From positions 23,401 to 87,400 of the IMG/VR virus record IMGVR_UViG_3300018080_000149: a stretch of DNA of 64,000 nt; one strand, 5' to 3'. Source of the DNA: a virus. The notes below the pieces were generated by a model. That model did not search any database. It saw nothing but the letters and a program-made list of their open reading frames with translations, and had not been told where the DNA came from. Below, piece by piece: positions 46,590-55,940 of this stretch (position 1 is the first letter of the stretch; each line of letters begins with the position of its first letter). Made by a program: the position numbers and the translations under genes.

Positions 46590-47869
46590 CGTCGCCTCTC
46601 TAGCTCCAGACTAACAGGGAGTGGAGGGGCCGTGACAGAGGCCACCACAGGGTCGCCATGGGTTCTGCTCAGAGCCTCTTCAAGTAGGCCAAACGCTGGC
46701 CCCTCTAGCTCCCCTTTCCATCGAAGCGTCTTACAGTGGTACGCGATAGCGTGCTGCGGGGATAAACCCATAGGACCTATCTGTTCGTCCTTATACCTCT
46801 GGCTCGGCTTATGGTAGTTCGCAATAGTAACAGCGCCACCTACTATGTCATCAACGGACTTAGGGTTCTGAACGACCTTTGTTCTGATCGGAAACGGATC
46901 AATCTTTTGCTTTAGGACAAACCAACAGCGACGGAGGGTGTCAAGGTCGACGCCCTCAGTCCATGGCTTCTGTAACTGCCCACAAGACACGACGTATCGA
47001 ACGCCCGACACAGCCCCTATGTGGTGTGTAGCTTCAACAGGCCCTTCTGCGGTACCCCAGAGTTCTAGAACACTACCAAAGCGTGCTCCATTCTCACCGA
47101 AGTTCCTGGGGCTCAACGAGCCCACCTGAAACACTGTGAGGTTCTTCAACTGAAACTCTGCGGCGTTGTGGTAGTGACCACAGGCCACCACCTCGATACC
47201 TGCCCCTCTAAGGAGCTTTTCCAAGTCGCTAATGTGCAAGCTGAGAGGATCAGCTTCCTCCCAGCTTGGAGCCCCGTCACTGTAAACGCCGAAGTGCCCC
47301 ACCAAAACCCTTGGGGGGTTACCAGGCCACGCGTCAAGGCTTTTCGTCGCCGCCTTGATACTGTCCACAGCGGACATACCACAAACATACGGGGCAAACA
47401 GGACAGAAGTAGATGGTAACATATTCGACATGTCGTCAATGTGACCAACAACACCTGGCCCCGTAACTTTGTGAACGTATATATCCGGCAAGTAGTCCAA
47501 AGCGTTACCACTATGTACGTCAACATCGTGATTACCCGACATGACGTACATGTGATAGCCACTAGCCGAATACTGCTCGAAAAGCGCTTGAAGTTCGCCA
47601 ACAACCCGGGGCGAGATGACACGCCTGTCGAAGAAATCACCTGCGACAATTACTGTACGACAGTGGTTCTCCTCCATCCAGTAGAAAACCTCGCGAAACG
47701 TAGCCAACATGCGGTCAGCTACAACACCCTGTTCCCACACCTGACCTACAGATACACCGCGAGGCCCAAGGTGAACGTCAGCTATGATTGCGAGTCTACC
47801 GCTAGTCGTCTTCGATCCAGCCTTCGGCGAACTCATCTTCTTCTGCTTCTGTTTCGTCAAGATCTTCAC
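46586..47869 (-). CDS. SbcD/Mre11-like metallophosphoesterase nuclease
   Basis: DVH, AGDFFD, GNHD and GHYH. Probable GTG start at 47869 after GGGGAGG. Confidence 0.88.
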   Translation of the reverse strand: MKILTKQKQKKMSSPKAGSKTTSGRLAIIADVHLGPRGVSVGQVWEQGVVADRMLATFREVFYWMEENHCRTVIVAGDFFDRRVISPRVVGELQALFEQYSASGYHMYVMSGNHDVDVHSGNALDYLPDIYVHKVTGPGVVGHIDDMSNMLPSTSVLFAPYVCGMSAVDSIKAATKSLDAWPGNPPRVLVGHFGVYSDGAPSWEEADPLSLHISDLEKLLRGAGIEVVACGHYHNAAEFQLKNLTVFQVGSLSPRNFGENGARFGSVLELWGTAEGPVEATHHIGAVSGVRYVVSCGQLQKPWTEGVDLDTLRRCWFVLKQKIDPFPIRTKVVQNPKSVDDIVGGAVTIANYHKPSQRYKDEQIGPMGLSPQHAIAYHCKTLRWKGELEGPAFGLLEEALSRTHGDPVVASVTAPPLPVSLELERRR

Positions 47870-48905
47870 TGTCGTCGTCCTCCCCAGTGTACTCCTCATC
47901 CATCCAAGGCCAAAGCTTTTGCTCCATCTCAGAGATAAAGTCGTCATCCATGTCTTGGGGGAGGACACCCTTTGTACCCCTTGGAGCGCCCTTCAGTTTG
48001 TATCTGCCTCTTGTTTTCGAGACAATACCCTCGGCCTCCGCGTTTAGGAGCGAGGACAGGTCCGACTTGTAGCCGTCCCTAAAGCTGAGGTACAAATGCG
48101 ATCTCTGGAACGGTGGATGAAAGGCGTTCGCGATAGTCTCGCCATACACCACTTGTCCGACCTTACGCTTCCCGACCTTGAGTTTTTTGCCCGCTTTCAG
48201 AATCAACCTAATACGGGCTGTGTATTTCAAGCCCCCACCACCAGCCGTGATTTCCTTGGGAGCAAATTGTGCTCCCCAGCCAGTCACGATGTTGGCTGTG
48301 AGTTGGTTGACGACGACCATAGGAGCGCCTTGCTTGTAACACTCACCAGCCATCGTTCTACAGAACCGCCAGATCGCCTTGGCCTTAGAACCAACCATGA
48401 CAGTGTCTTGCTTTGTTGACTTATCCTTGTTTGGGTTCAACTCCGAGTCCGTCGGAGTGAGCCCCATGTCATCCCAGAAGAAAGCTAGGCCAATACCCTC
48501 TTTGGTCAACTTCTTCATGCCCTCGCGGGTCTTCTGAAGCGCCTCTTCTGAGGAGTCAACAGGTACAATGACAACGCCGTCAGGGTCCACGCCAATCCTA
48601 CGACACCGCGCTACGTCAGAAGTTACTGCCCCCTTTGGATCAATCACCAAAGGGACCAGATCTGACTCTTGAGCGGTTGCGATCATGTGGAGTACCATTG
48701 TTGTTTTGCCAGCCTTCTCTTCACCGGCTAGCTCTAGGAAGTGACCCCGTGGATAACCCCCAATCCCGAAGAGACCAAAATCCACGGCGGTAATGCCCGT
48801 TGGTATCGCGTCGTCCCCAGCGTCCCCAACGTCACTCATAAGGTAGGTGACGTCTGCCTTGAAAACCTTGTTCAGAACGCTACGGACCTTGTCCGCGTCA
48901 GCCAC
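47802..48905 (-). CDS. recA: RecA/UvsX-like recombinase
   Basis: IPTG...D...GIGGYPRG, GEEKAGKTT, VVNQL, GGGGLKY and an acidic tail. Confidence 0.88.
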   Translation of the reverse strand: MADADKVRSVLNKVFKADVTYLMSDVGDAGDDAIPTGITAVDFGLFGIGGYPRGHFLELAGEEKAGKTTMVLHMIATAQESDLVPLVIDPKGAVTSDVARCRRIGVDPDGVVIVPVDSSEEALQKTREGMKKLTKEGIGLAFFWDDMGLTPTDSELNPNKDKSTKQDTVMVGSKAKAIWRFCRTMAGECYKQGAPMVVVNQLTANIVTGWGAQFAPKEITAGGGGLKYTARIRLILKAGKKLKVGKRKVGQVVYGETIANAFHPPFQRSHLYLSFRDGYKSDLSSLLNAEAEGIVSKTRGRYKLKGAPRGTKGVLPQDMDDDFISEMEQKLWPWMDEEYTGEDDDSEDLDETEAEEDEFAEGWIEDD

Positions 48906-48919
48906 TAGAACCTCCTGAT

Positions 48920-49441
48920 CTAAATCTGATCACCCATTGCGTCCCATCCGTCACGCTCACACCTAGCGAAGAACTCGACACGCGGGCCTGGTGAGGCCCT
49001 CTCAACTAGCTCATAGAACTCGTCAGGCTTCTGTGAGTGCTTTGTACGGGGCGCGTCTACCCGCGTGGGTAGGCTGTTCTCCATTGTCGCCATGTAGGTT
49101 CCACGGACGCCAAAGAGACACAACTCGTGCTGACCTCTGAAGTACCGACCAATACCAAAGCGATCCTTGACCCATACGATATTGGTCTTGTACGTGAACC
49201 CCAGGGCTTGCATAACAACCAGCCCCGACTGGAGAAAGTTGTTAGTCACCCAGAGGTACAAGTGAGCTTGCTTATCTGGACGCCACACGTCGTCAGTCAC
49301 CATCACGCGAATGATCTCGTCAACCGACAGTAACTTATAGTGCCTGTCAGCTCCTCGTTTGTACTTAGCGCCGCCCCCACGTTCTTTCCACGGAGGGTCA
49401 GCGACAATGGTTTTGTAACGCTTGCGTAGCTTTACTCTCAT
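48920..49441 (-). CDS. MT-A70-family N6-adenine methyltransferase
   Basis: IVADPPW, LYLWVTN, WVK, GRYFRGQHE, HSQKP and EFFAR. Confidence 0.9.
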   Translation of the reverse strand: MRVKLRKRYKTIVADPPWKERGGGAKYKRGADRHYKLLSVDEIIRVMVTDDVWRPDKQAHLYLWVTNNFLQSGLVVMQALGFTYKTNIVWVKDRFGIGRYFRGQHELCLFGVRGTYMATMENSLPTRVDAPRTKHSQKPDEFYELVERASPGPRVEFFARCERDGWDAMGDQI

Positions 49442-49463
49442 ATGAACCCCGCAAAAAGAAAGG

Positions 49464-49639
49464 TGGGCCACTGGCCCCATAGGGCTCACAGACAAGGTAG
49501 GAGACCTACTTTGTAGGCCGGTCTTATGCTGACAGAGCCCTGTTATACGGGATATCTCAGCCCTACTGTTTTGGTCACAGAATGTCTAGAATCTCCTGCA
49601 ACTACTCACATCTATGAACCCTACGGGACCAGTGGCCCA
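49464..49639 (-). ncRNA. Candidate structured ncRNA (29-bp closing stem, multibranch interior, T tract)
   Basis: Arms 49611-49639 and 49464-49492 pair over 29 nt. All four non-Watson-Crick positions are G-U on the minus strand only. Confidence 0.65.
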
Positions 49640-49671
49640 GCGCCTAGACGTGTGAAAGGAGGACTATCGTA

Positions 49672-49992
49672 TCATCGGCGCACTTTGATACGAATCTTTT
49701 TCTTCCGGCGCTTGACCTTGACTTTGAAGCTACCGCTCTTAGCCTCGGCCTTTTGCCGGTTACTTTCTCTGTGTTCCTCCATAATGAAACGTCGCGCGTT
49801 CTGAGACGCGGCGAGCCAATCGCCCTTCCTACTCTGCCACCATTTGATAGGATCATCCTCAGCTTGAGGTAGGAAAGCGTAAAGGGGACACGCCCGAGCG
49901 CGACAATCCATTCGGGTGTGCCCCCCTCTACACTCAAAACACAACGCGCTGATGGCCCGCCACAGGTCCCTTTTAGGAACCCTGACGCTCAT
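49672..49992 (-). CDS. Small Cys4 basic protein
   Basis: AISALCFEC...C...CPLY, with a KVKVKRRKKKIRIKVRR tail. Confidence 0.7.
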   Translation of the reverse strand: MSVRVPKRDLWRAISALCFECRGGHTRMDCRARACPLYAFLPQAEDDPIKWWQSRKGDWLAASQNARRFIMEEHRESNRQKAEAKSGSFKVKVKRRKKKIRIKVRR

Positions 49993-51276
49993 CTACTTCT
50001 TCTTTTTGCTCTTGGGCTTCGGGAGCTTCGGCTTGGCCTTGTTGGCCTTTTTCGCCGCACCCTTTTTCTTGGCGGGCTTGGTCTTACCCTTACCCTTCTT
50101 GGCGTTCGCGGCGGCTTTCTTCTCACGGCCCTTCTTGAGATTCTCAAGACGCTGCTGCTTCTTCTCCTCCGCTTCCGCTTCCAGCTTTCGCTCGATTTCG
50201 GCGGGGTCAATGGGGGAGTCGTTCGGGGAGTCGAGAATGCCCAGAATGAACTGGAACACCGAGGCTACAAGGCGATTCGACTTGGTGCGCTTCTCAGTGA
50301 AGTACACCTTCTCAGCGGCGAGACACGCGTCGATCAATTCCCCCACGGGACGGGTCTTGAACTTGCGATTCTTGACCTTCTTCTTCCGGTCATCCTTGCC
50401 CTGGTGTCGGGGGAGGTCTCCAGCCTTCTCACGCTCCTCCTGAACGTGCTTTCGGAGGTCCCGGACGTCGATGTCAGCGGCGAGCTTGAGAGCCTTGAGC
50501 TGGCTCTTGGACGGAAGTTGCTTGATGAGAGCCGCTTTGGAAACTGGGATCTCACCACTAGTAACCGCCTGGCTCACCTTGGGGTGAAGGTCAGACACGA
50601 TCCCGAGGAGGTCGGAGACCTTGGACTGTGAAATGCCCAACATCTTCGACACGTCCCTCTGTGACGGCTTCTTCATCTTGCCCGTCTTGGGGCTCTTGAC
50701 CTTCTCGGACATGATCGCCTTGATCGCGGTAGCCATCTCCAGCGGCTTCATGTCCTCGCGAAGGTTCTCCAGGATACCTGCGACCTTCGGGGACACGGAG
50801 TCGTCGATGATAGTGATCGGGATCAGATCAATGTCAAGTCGCCTCGACGCCTCGAACCGGCGAAAGCCTGCTCGAAGTACGTACATCGCTGGCTTGTTGT
50901 CCAGAGAGCGCTGGACCATGAGAGGCTGAAGAATCCCCTCGGACTTGATGCTTTCCATCAGGTCCAAGAACTCAGTGGCTCTCGTAGAGAACCGTCGAAC
51001 GTTCTTCTTGGGGTCCGCGAACACCGCGTTGCGATGAACGAGGAAACACCCTCGCGCCTTCTCCATCCTCATGTGCTCAACAGCCAGCTCACGACTGGAG
51101 AAAACCCGTTCCTCACCAGCCAGGATAGCCTCTTCGTTGACGCCACCTGAGAACTTGACCTTCTTGCCACTGGACTCACACACAAGAACATTGGGATTGG
51201 CTTCCTTGGAAACCTTCCCCTTCTTGGTTGACTTCTTGCTATTCTTCGTTCCCTTCTTACCGACCGTCAACTTCAT
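49993..51276 (-). CDS. ParB/Spo0J-family protein with HTH
   Basis: LMESIKSEGILQPLMV, AGFRRFEA, ENLREDMKPLE and HTH SQRDVSKMLGISQSKVSDLL. Confidence 0.88.
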   Translation of the reverse strand: MKLTVGKKGTKNSKKSTKKGKVSKEANPNVLVCESSGKKVKFSGGVNEEAILAGEERVFSSRELAVEHMRMEKARGCFLVHRNAVFADPKKNVRRFSTRATEFLDLMESIKSEGILQPLMVQRSLDNKPAMYVLRAGFRRFEASRRLDIDLIPITIIDDSVSPKVAGILENLREDMKPLEMATAIKAIMSEKVKSPKTGKMKKPSQRDVSKMLGISQSKVSDLLGIVSDLHPKVSQAVTSGEIPVSKAALIKQLPSKSQLKALKLAADIDVRDLRKHVQEEREKAGDLPRHQGKDDRKKKVKNRKFKTRPVGELIDACLAAEKVYFTEKRTKSNRLVASVFQFILGILDSPNDSPIDPAEIERKLEAEAEEKKQQRLENLKKGREKKAAANAKKGKGKTKPAKKKGAAKKANKAKPKLPKPKSKKKK

Positions 51277-51300
51277 CGCGGCCCTCCTTTTTTGCTTTTC

Positions 51301-52221
51301 CTAGAACGGAACATCGTCGTCATCGGTGTCGTCGAAATCGTCATCGCCCATACCCACATCGCCATCGCTTTCAGCGTCGGCGGCTGCGAGTAACATGTCG
51401 ATAACTTCCTGGGCTTCGTCTGGCCCCGGAACGTCGGGGCGGTATTGGCTCAAGTCAGTCATGGTCTTGAACCACCTCTTTTTGAGCTTGCCAATGACCT
51501 TCTTCGACTGAACGCGAACGTCGTAGTCGACCTCCCACACCTGTTTGCCCTTTTTGATCTTCCTGATAATGATCATCATCAGGGCGTCAGGGTCGTAAAA
51601 GTGGTCGCCATCTTCGATTGCGGCGAGAAGCTGGTTTCTAATGGTCTTACCAAAACGATAAGGCCGAGCCACCTTCGGTGCCGACAAATCGACAATGTTG
51701 GCGTAAGCGCCAAAAGTCATCTTCAGCGCCTTGGCGAGCTTTTTGTCGCGGGCGTGCTTTGACTTGAACAACTTACTGACGAAGTTGTCCAACTCACACG
51801 GGCGCTTCTCATGAAATTTTGCACAGCCGACAACCATGGGAATCTCGTCAGGACGATTATCCAAACCGAGCGACGCCATGGCGTCTTTGCCACCTGTGTA
51901 GTGGCCAGCCGTCTCAACCCACGGATAGTTGGTCCCCCACTCTTCGAGTGACGGTAACATGAGAATCTTGTTGCGCCCCTCTTTCGGCTTCCAGAACTCA
52001 CCAGCCGCCTCCTCCTCAAGAGCCTGTTGAGCTTCCTCAGGGGTGGTTCTCGTGAACTTTGGTTTGCCGGACGAAGCGGCTTTCCTCGCGGACTTCCGCT
52101 CCGTCTCCGTCGAGACTCGCCTACCCAGCTTCGTTTTCTTTTTGCTGGACTTCAGCTTTGTTGATTTGGGCTTGTTCTTTTTCAGCTTTGTTTTTTGCTT
52201 TTCTCCAACAGCTATTTTCAT
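51301..52221 (-). CDS. Single-stranded DNA-binding protein (gp32-like)
   Basis: FWKPKEGRNKI, YANIVD, FGKTI, FYDP, and an acidic tail ending DDDDVPF. Confidence 0.75.
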   Translation of the reverse strand: MKIAVGEKQKTKLKKNKPKSTKLKSSKKKTKLGRRVSTETERKSARKAASSGKPKFTRTTPEEAQQALEEEAAGEFWKPKEGRNKILMLPSLEEWGTNYPWVETAGHYTGGKDAMASLGLDNRPDEIPMVVGCAKFHEKRPCELDNFVSKLFKSKHARDKKLAKALKMTFGAYANIVDLSAPKVARPYRFGKTIRNQLLAAIEDGDHFYDPDALMMIIIRKIKKGKQVWEVDYDVRVQSKKVIGKLKKRWFKTMTDLSQYRPDVPGPDEAQEVIDMLLAAADAESDGDVGMGDDDFDDTDDDDVPF

Positions 52222-52244
52222 ACGGCCCTCCTTCTAACAGCCTA

Positions 52245-52271
52245 CCTATCTCGAGGGTCACTCCTCACGAA
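52245..52271 (-). promoter_or_regulatory. Bipartite phage promoter motif (TTCGTGAG-N10-CGAGATAGG)
   Basis: Upstream of the SSB gene and preceded by an A6 tract. Confidence 0.65.
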
Positions 52272-52941
52272 ACTTTTTTGAGAATTTTCTCATTTTGTTC
52301 TGTGCGGCGACTAGGGAGTCGTTTACGCCCTCATCTGGGTGATCTGAATCCGATATATAAGCCTCTGACGCCATGCCCATCTCAGGGCGAACGAAGAAAG
52401 ACATCATCTTCAGAGCTTCCCTCTTCGTAACGATTGCGTCTACAAGACCCTTTATTCGGACCCATTCGGTCTCCGCCCTAGCCTCAACCAAACAGAGTCT
52501 TGCGAATTCCTCTGTAGCTTTAGCCCGCTCATTGACCATACCCTCTGTGACCTTCTCGTACATACGGTTCAGGGCACGTCTACGATCCGCCTTCAGCGCT
52601 TCAAGGCCGATCTCTCTAGCGGCTTTCGCCGCTGAGTGTCTGCCCTTAGCGTAGGCTAGACGAGTAGTCCAATGGCTCATCAGGCCGTGGAGCCTACCCA
52701 TAGCCGACAACATCAGTACGGGCTCTAGTTGCAGAGCTTCCGCCATATCCTTCGGGATAGAGCGTAAGGCTTCACGCGTAAACTCTTCCGAGGCGTATGC
52801 TTGAAGGTTTTGCCAGCTTACGTTTGGGTCTTCGACCGGGGGCTCGATGTCCCCGTCTGACCAACCCTCTTCTTCTCTTTCCTCTTCCGCTTCTTCCTGC
52901 GCCTCTTCGCTGTCATTTCTCCTCGCAATCTTGATCTTCAT
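52258..52941 (-). CDS. Helical protein, possibly a UvsY-like recombination mediator
   Basis: Coiled helices with a KVTEGMVN segment. Lies next to SSB. Probable start MKIKI. Confidence 0.45.
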   Translation of the reverse strand: MKIKIARRNDSEEAQEEAEEEREEEGWSDGDIEPPVEDPNVSWQNLQAYASEEFTREALRSIPKDMAEALQLEPVLMLSAMGRLHGLMSHWTTRLAYAKGRHSAAKAAREIGLEALKADRRRALNRMYEKVTEGMVNERAKATEEFARLCLVEARAETEWVRIKGLVDAIVTKREALKMMSFFVRPEMGMASEAYISDSDHPDEGVNDSLVAAQNKMRKFSKKFREE

Positions 52942-53270
52942 CCGATCTGTCCTGTGTAACAAACTTCGACAATGATCGGCAACGGCTTCTCAACCAGACG
53001 GTCATTTGAGACCTCGTACTTGGCGAGCCAACGAGACAGGCCCATACGTAAAGTATGCGTAGAGTTTGGTATGACGTCATCTTCCGCGTTTATGAAGTTA
53101 CCATTTGCGTCACGTAAGATACGCTGAATACGAGGTGTAACCTTTTCCTCTGGGATGAGAAAGAACATCGACACTGTTCGATAGTGGTTCCAAATAAGCA
53201 GATATGATCTCACACAGTCCTTACGGACCTTGATCTTGATCTTCGACTTCTTTTTCACCAGTATCTTCAT
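52938..53270 (-). CDS. Hypothetical protein
   Basis: 110 aa with an MKILVKKKSKIKIKVRK N-terminus. Confidence 0.6.
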   Translation of the reverse strand: MKILVKKKSKIKIKVRKDCVRSYLLIWNHYRTVSMFFLIPEEKVTPRIQRILRDANGNFINAEDDVIPNSTHTLRMGLSRWLAKYEVSNDRLVEKPLPIIVEVCYTGQIG

Positions 53271-55831
53271 GCCACCCCCTTCGTAATGTAAATGGTGGTC
53301 TTCTTAGGGCGAACAGCGTCGAGTGACGACACCACACCGATCTCTTTTGTGTCTGCTAGTGTTGGGCCAGCCTTACCCTCAACCTCCAGGGGAACCCTGA
53401 CGGTCGGGTGACTGACCATGGCCCAGCCTATGCGCTGGAGCGCTATGTTGACCATAGACCGCTTGACAGCGACAATGACAGAGTCATGAATGGTGTGAAC
53501 TAGTCTAGTGACTCCCGGCAGAGATCCATCCTTGATCATCCGATTGAGAAGAACCAGGGACTTCATCATGTACATCGCTGCTCCTCCCTGGACAGGAGTA
53601 TTGATAGCCTGTCGCCGTGCATGTCCACGGCGACCTCCATCCCGAGAGCCTAGATTTGGAAGCCAGCGACGCGCGATTGGTTCACCACACCAGTACGTGT
53701 AAGCACAACCACGCTTGGTAGCCGAGGCTATCTCCCTCAACATCCACGCGCGATATCCACGATACAGCTTGAAGAAACCACGACGCCACATGCGAGCCTC
53801 ATCGACAGTCAGGTCAACATCGTATTCCTTCTTGGCGTTTTCCTTCAGCCCGTACTCTGACATGTCGAAGATAGTGCCGAAGTTGATAGGCTTCGCGGCC
53901 TGGCGCTGTTCCTTGCCAACCTCGTCCAACCCACAGCGAAGAACGCTTGCGGCGGTCTTCCTGTGAATGTCGATCTCGTTGCGGAAACAGTCCATCATGA
54001 CAGGGTCATTGGATAGGTCTCCACCTATACGCATCTCAATCTGTGAGTAGTCGACCTCCAAAAACCACTCGTCGTCTTTCAGCCCCAATAGTGCTCTGAG
54101 GGACTCTAGGCTCGCGTGGGGAATGAAACAACGACGAATTGCCTTATCCTCCTCCCACCACCTGTTGGGAACGTTCTGTAGGTTGGGGTCTGAACTCGAC
54201 AGTCGGTGTGTACCTGTGCCGCCCTGTTTGTAGCTGGTGTGTAACGCCCCATCCGAGGCGATTCTCCCACGGTAGCCCTTTACGAAAGTACCATGCTTAC
54301 TTTTGATACGGTTGAACTCAGAGATGTGTTCCAACACGACGGGCGACCTTTTCTTTGCCGCCTTGACTGTGTGTTTGTCCACCTTACCAAGACCCGTCGG
54401 AGTGAACTCCCTCACCTTCATATCGAGACCATATTTGCTGAACATCAGGTCTCTCATCTGTGGCGCTGACTTGGGGTTGAACTCGTCAGAGGATATGTCC
54501 CTGTCCCAATTAGCGCACAGACGCTTGACGACTCGGCTTGATCGGATCGCGATCAACTCACGCTCCATCTCAGCCTTGAACCGCTCATCCAATGCGTCTA
54601 GCGCCTCGCGATTGACAGGTAGACCATTGTACTCCATCTGTAGGAGCGCCGCCCCGAGTGGGCCGAATATCTCCTCCCAGAGTTGCCAATGACCTTCGCG
54701 TCTCATCTTTCGTTCGTAGAACGTGACCAGTCGACGGGTGGCGATTGTGTCCCACCCACAGTAACGCATGACAACTTCTGGGTAGTTGTAGTACGCTTGT
54801 TCGTACCTGTCACCGATTGTCTTGACCTCTTTGTTTGCTGTACCCAGTAGGCCGAATAACTCGGCTTTGTGGCCACCCATCCCGACCATCCAACCACACA
54901 AATCCAGGTTGGCTAACTGCTCGGGGTAGTCCAGTTTCCTGTACGTTAGGGTGTCTTCCCACCAGTTGTCGTAATGAAGGACAATCTCAGGGTCGATACC
55001 CATTGCTTTGATTAGTACCCATACGTCGAACTTCCAGTTGTGACCAGCCATACGAGTAGTCGCTAGAAGCTTCTCGAATGCCGCTATCACACGTCGTCGC
55101 TTTAGTACCTTGTCCGAGAAGACGAACGCCTTGTTGGGCTCCCACGCGATTGCGAGACACAACAGGGCGTTAGTCCTGGTGTTGTACTCTGTGTCAAGAG
55201 CCACCACTCGTTGACCAGTAGCTCTCTCAAGTACCGTCAAGGCCGTAGCCTCTTTGCGTATACTTACTGTCTTGGTGTCGTTCAACGAAACCCAGTCCTC
55301 CGGTGGTGGCCGTAGAATCGCCTGCTTCAGTGTTTCAGCGAAATACGGCTTCAGCGAAGGATTATGGAGACACGCTGATGGATGTAGTAGGAATTGCGTT
55401 GTTACGTTAGTAATGTCACTTGACCGTTGAAAACCACCGACAATCTGCGTTATCGGTAAGCGCTCATCTGTGAGAGCTTCTGTGGCTACTCGCCCGAGGG
55501 CGATGATCCGCCCTGGATTGGTGCGCTCTATCTCTTTGAGTAGATACCCGCGACAAGCCATAATCCCGCGAACAGGATCAGCCTCACCTGGGTAACATCG
55601 TACTGCGTTTGTGTATCTGATCGGAAACCGATCACCAACGTAACGGGCGACCAGTGACCTCAAAAGCCTCCCTGTAGGACCTACGAAACACTTTCCCTGC
55701 GCGTCCTCTACTTCGCCGGGAGCTTCCCCAACAAACAGAACGCCCTCCCCGCCAAGGTCCTTTGCGCCATCACCACCGACCCGTATGTGGCGACAACCAG
55801 CGGAAAGGTCACAGCGTCTACACTTAGACAT
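53267..55831 (-). CDS. polA: Family A DNA polymerase with an N-terminal family-4 UDG-like domain (SPO1-type architecture)
   Basis: UDG: CxxC, VGEAPG, FVGPTG, TNAVRC, HPS. Exonuclease: LDTE, HNWKFD, YCGWD. Polymerase: RLSSSDPNLQN, DYSQIEMR, RxxAKxxNFG, NTPVQG, IHDS. Confidence 0.93.
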   Translation of the reverse strand: MSKCRRCDLSAGCRHIRVGGDGAKDLGGEGVLFVGEAPGEVEDAQGKCFVGPTGRLLRSLVARYVGDRFPIRYTNAVRCYPGEADPVRGIMACRGYLLKEIERTNPGRIIALGRVATEALTDERLPITQIVGGFQRSSDITNVTTQFLLHPSACLHNPSLKPYFAETLKQAILRPPPEDWVSLNDTKTVSIRKEATALTVLERATGQRVVALDTEYNTRTNALLCLAIAWEPNKAFVFSDKVLKRRRVIAAFEKLLATTRMAGHNWKFDVWVLIKAMGIDPEIVLHYDNWWEDTLTYRKLDYPEQLANLDLCGWMVGMGGHKAELFGLLGTANKEVKTIGDRYEQAYYNYPEVVMRYCGWDTIATRRLVTFYERKMRREGHWQLWEEIFGPLGAALLQMEYNGLPVNREALDALDERFKAEMERELIAIRSSRVVKRLCANWDRDISSDEFNPKSAPQMRDLMFSKYGLDMKVREFTPTGLGKVDKHTVKAAKKRSPVVLEHISEFNRIKSKHGTFVKGYRGRIASDGALHTSYKQGGTGTHRLSSSDPNLQNVPNRWWEEDKAIRRCFIPHASLESLRALLGLKDDEWFLEVDYSQIEMRIGGDLSNDPVMMDCFRNEIDIHRKTAASVLRCGLDEVGKEQRQAAKPINFGTIFDMSEYGLKENAKKEYDVDLTVDEARMWRRGFFKLYRGYRAWMLREIASATKRGCAYTYWCGEPIARRWLPNLGSRDGGRRGHARRQAINTPVQGGAAMYMMKSLVLLNRMIKDGSLPGVTRLVHTIHDSVIVAVKRSMVNIALQRIGWAMVSHPTVRVPLEVEGKAGPTLADTKEIGVVSSLDAVRPKKTTIYITKGVA

Positions 55832-55851
55832 GTACCTCCAAAAACGCAGAC

Positions 55852-55900
55852 AAAAAAAGGGTGGCCGCTGGGAGTAGATCGAAACCTACTCCCAGCGGCC
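55852..55900 (-). terminator. Intrinsic terminator
   Basis: 15-bp perfect stem GGCCGCTGGGAGTAG/CTACTCCCAGCGGCC, then T7 on the minus strand. Confidence 0.8.
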
Positions 55901-55940
55901 TATTAGGAGGGGAGATAGGCGACTTGACGTTCTGACGTTC

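Noticed and set aside
49530-49556. Plus-strand CGGGATAT as another promoter copy
   Set aside because: The upstream box matches TTCGTGAG poorly, the orientation is opposite to all genes, and it falls inside the structured RNA.
49464-49639. 6S RNA assignment for the long-stem RNA
   Set aside because: The size is similar, but the interior looks multibranched rather than a rod with a central bubble, and no 6S sequence hallmarks were recognised.
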